Source: Lama glama | Taxonomy: Eukaryota | Assembly (NCBI GenBank): GCA_028534125.1 | Contig: CM052816.1 | Span: 69,938,001 to 70,002,000 of the forward strand | Direction of reading: 5' to 3' | Length of the DNA: 64,000 nucleotides | Shown: piece by piece, positions 59,952 through 64,000 of the stretch | Numbering within the stretch: position 1 is the stretch's first letter | Layout of the letters: every line of letters begins with the position of its first letter | Position numbers and translations under genes: made by a program | Notes under the pieces: model-generated | Database searches by the model: none | Told to the model about the DNA's origin: nothing | The model's input: only the letters and a program-made list of their open reading frames with translations

Positions 59952-62900
59952 AAACAAATGTGTTTCTAAAAGCCCACATACACTTTAATGTACTTTTATT
60001 GCTTTCTATATCTTGCAATTTGATTTGGATTATTTATAAATTTTTTTATGCTTTCTGGCTTATTTTACTACTTTGTTATTTTACCATATAAACTGCTATT
60101 TTGATATTTGGAAAGCTGTATTAGGGGAGTGTTAGGGTACAGTGGGAAACAGTTGATAAAAAATTTATGCCTCTTTTGTCCAACAAAGCATTGGTAATTT
60201 CTAAAGATTCTGTCAGTAAAACACATGTATGCAGTAGACTCTTATTTCATGAGCAGGTGTAATTGGTCAGCAGAGAAAGAATATAAAGTGATATTAAAAG
60301 TAAAGGAATATAACAAGTGACTAACTTTTAAATAGAAAAAAAATCTATTACCAGCAGTTTCCGTGTCAAACTCTTACAACAAAGCATTCCCTTCAGAAGA
60401 AGGCCTGAACCCTTTTGTAAACAATTAGAATCAATTAACAACTTTAATTAGCATTTTTATTTAGCTCCCTTTGGTGAAATATACTGAAGAGAAAACGATA
60501 CATCAAATCTAATCTGCAAAGGTAAACCAAAAAATCTGCACAATTTTTGCAGAAATGTGAGATGAAAACAATGGTAACTTTCTTGACACTCTATAATTCT
60601 GTTCAGTAACAAATGCTCAACTGATGAATGCGTACAATTTGATGCCCCATATAAGATATATTTATCAAATTATAGTGGCAGTCAGGGTAAACAATAGTAA
60701 TGTAATTCAGAGTTTAAGTCTCCACTTAGCAATGGTAAAATACTTTAAGTCAGATCATATAAGGGTCAACTATACCATTCTTATAAATGAAGCATTTTAA
60801 AATCACAGTTCACTTACTAAGGTAAATTTTAAATAACTGGTTAAAAACAGCAGGTTTAACATGGAACCGATTAAATGAAATTATGAAAACAAGAAAACTT
60901 AGCCCATTTTGTCAATTTTAATTTCATTGTGTTATGTCCTCTAATGAAGGCTAATGTTTATTTGTAGAATCTAATCAATGCTGTGGACCAAAGAGTAAGT
61001 ATAAGCACTTAGTGCTGCAATATGTACTGGAAAAAAACTAAGTATACTTCTGACTCGACTAGTCCTTCAACCCACAGATTAAAAAAAACAATTCTTTAAA
61101 GTTATTTTAGCTGACAACCAATCCCCTTCTTAACACAATACCTCTCTACCTGTATGAAGAATTAGGTGTGGTTACTTTGTCACAGCTTGTCTATTTGGAG
61201 AAGCTATTAAAATGATCCATATAAATGTTTACATGTACTTCTAGTACATGTCTACATTAAAAAACATTTCTTTGCATATAGGATAAAATAAAAATGAATA
61301 CAATTGATATATAATTTTTAAAGGCATGAATGTAAGATTTAATTACTAATTTCTAATTGTCAAGTTCAACTTCAAAGAAAAGTAATTTCAGGTATTATTA
61401 CATTTAATGACTTTCTAAAGCATAGTCTTCTACTCAAAAGCTTGATCTGGGAAGTCCTTAATGCTTATCCCTCCCCCACTTTGAATTCACTACAGTATCT
61501 GTAATCTGTCATATTAACTTATTATTTAATATCATGTATCTTCACATTGATATGTCATATTTCTTCAGCTATAGTTGAAGCAAGGTATAAACAAACAATA
61601 TACATGTGTTACAAAATTATGGGGCAAGGCATCCTTTCCAAGTTCTGTAGCAACCCCTCTCTATTCTAGCTGAGATCATAAAAACTGGAGCTATAACTTA
61701 GCTCTTCTTTAAATTAAGACTTATAGAAAAGGAAACAGATTAAACTCTTAATACCAGTTACCTCAGAAAGCTGAGATAATAGGAAACACTTAGTTTTTCT
61801 TAATAAATGTCTATATTGTATATGTATATACACCAAAGTAATTAAAAAACCAATAAAGCCTTAATAAAATGAAGAGTATTTCTTGATTTGTATTATCAAA
61901 GTAGAAAGGGACAGAATGATTTTTTTAGGATAGAACACCTCTTTAACATAAGTAGCTACAAAATGTTGCAAGGCTCCTAGCTACCAGTACTTCCTTCCAT
62001 GCTTCCTCAAATTATAGCAATTATTTATTGATCTCTTCCCCCAGTAAAGCTGGCATTAGAACAAATGAGTTTCTGAATTTTGAAGCCCAAGTTATTCTGA
62101 CATAGAATCCCTGTCTTTGCCTGCAGAAGACATGTAAGGTACTGCAGCTGAGTTGAACTGCTGCCAAAGACAGAATAAAAAGGCTTGGCATCTCTCACAT
62201 ACTTGACACCTAAAGGGCACAGAAGCTCTAACATTCCTAGTCCCTGTAGGCACACTCCCAGTCTAGACAAACTGATTTCTCACACTTTTAAAATGCATCA
62301 CAACACTCTATTGTTATCATTTCACCCACACAGCTTCAGCTGGTGACAGAAGAACCTGTCCTTTAAGCGACATTTCAATGGGCTAAAGCTCCCATTCCAA
62401 GATTCCATTAAAACAATGTATTACTTGAAAAGAACTACAAGGCACTATGTGGAAATCTTGTGTCTTTAATCTTTGCTTTCCCTCAAAGTTCTCACTGATC
62501 TACCTGCGACTCAATTTTTGAAAATAAATAAATAAACATCTGCAAACTACTTAAACTTTATTAAACCTAATGATAGTCTCTCTAGATTTCTACTTCTCTA
62601 TTGCAGTATGGATCATGTGTAATTTTTTTTAAAACCCATTTATAAAAGAAATGCTCTGAAGATGTCAATACTGTCTTTTACAGACTTCTCATCAGATTGG
62701 TAAAATTGGTAATTTATAAATATTAAGTCATAAATGTTCTATAATTACAAAATAGTTAAATCACATAAGATATGAGAAGCCTTCAAGTTGGCACCTGTAG
62801 AACCTCAAGACTCACCAGTTAATCATTATCTATAAATTCTAATAAAACAAGTTATCCTATAGATAATATACACAGACTTACTGAATTTTAAAACTTCTAA

Positions 62901-64000
62901 TTTTTAAACAGTAGGATCAAGCATGAAACCTATATTTCTATTAAACAATGTCACTATCTTAATAAAATTTCAGAAATACAATCTTATATACAATATACTA
63001 TTTTAGGAAACCGCAACTAATTAGCTAATCATGATTCATAGATTAAAGAGCATTCAAATAAAAATTTGCTACTGAAAAGAAGCGTATCATAATTTCAATG
63101 TTCTACTCTTTCGGTACTATCTCTTCCACAATTTTAAACTCTAGAAGAGCTGATAGCTGACCTTCCATTTTAGAAGTCTTCTTAAATGGAAGAGGAGTTT
63201 AAAAAATCATTAAGAAAGTATGTGCCAGTATATGTTAATGAACTCTATTTTTCAAATACCAACTTCCATTATAAAATATTAGTTTTCCATACAAAAACTG
63301 TATGATTCGGTTATCAACTGTCCCCATTTATCTTGTGTGAATTCAACTTTTTTCTTTTTTAAACAAAGGAAGCAGGGAACAAGCAATGGGAAGTTGGTGT
63401 CAAAATGCAGAAAAACCTCCCAGCAAGCTACTTGCAACCACCCAGGATTTAGAGTCTTGCTGGCCGCTCTCTTTTCAATACCAGAATTTCACACATTTCA
63501 ATGACTATTATGACTTCAAAGAATCAAATTTTCATCATTGTCCGTCATCTGCCGGTTGATTTGTATAAAGGAGTTCTTCTGCATGCACTCCAAACAAAAG
63601 CCTCCTTACTTTTGTGGCTATATATCAAGTTTAAAAGTTTTGTTTGTGACAGTTGTGTCTTTGGTAAATTAGGGTAACACTGAAGGAGTGCAGCTGCTCT
63701 GCAGGAACCTCCTTTTTGGCACCATTTCACTTAAATAAAAACTGAATAATTAGCTTCTGCCTTTATTAAACCACAAAAATGCCACTGGCCTTAGTAATTA
63801 CTTCCGGTTGCCCCACCCACTTAACCTTAATAGTTTATACTTGTCATAAAGAGAAATAAATGAAAAAGGTTTTCACCACTTTAAGATGAATTTTTGATAG
63901 GTCTTTCAGTATACCCAGAAGAGCCAAAACTCTCACCAGGCTTTTTGGTAGTAAGTTCACTAAATTGCATGTTGTTATGGATCAATGTTGAAAAGTTTTA

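Noticed and set aside
59966..64000. NDUFS4 exon 2 or a cryptic exon within the window
   Set aside because: I found no minus-strand sequence encoding the expected exon 2 peptide (ending ...VDEKL), so this stretch is treated as intron 2.

Overview
AT-rich, repeat-dense mammalian genomic DNA, most likely from a camelid (it carries a tRNA-Ala-like vic-1-type SINE and cetartiodactyl-type L1 3' ends). The only protein-coding gene is NDUFS4 (complex I 18 kDa subunit) on the minus strand. Its last three exons are here with canonical GT-AG sites: exon 3 at 59650-59822, exon 4 at 47867-47940, and exon 5 coding part at 30030-30133 followed by a short 3' UTR with two AATAAA signals. Exons 1-2 lie beyond position 64000. 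Positions 1 to about 29900 are downstream intergenic DNA. Almost everything else is transposable-element debris: L1s of several ages, MaLR and ERV1 LTRs, Charlie and Tigger DNA transposons, MIR and L2. Subfamily names come from my recall of consensus sequences, not from a search. I see no new multi-gene system. The best lead is a ~100 bp L1 3'-end insertion about 25 nt upstream of the exon 3 acceptor. It forms a near-perfect ~80 bp inverted repeat with an L1 end 370 nt downstream of the exon, which could loop out exon 3. Other leads are several L1s with both ends intact but large internal deletions (one possibly spliced), candidate 3' transductions inside a Charlie1 element, and an inverted LTR pair in intron 4.
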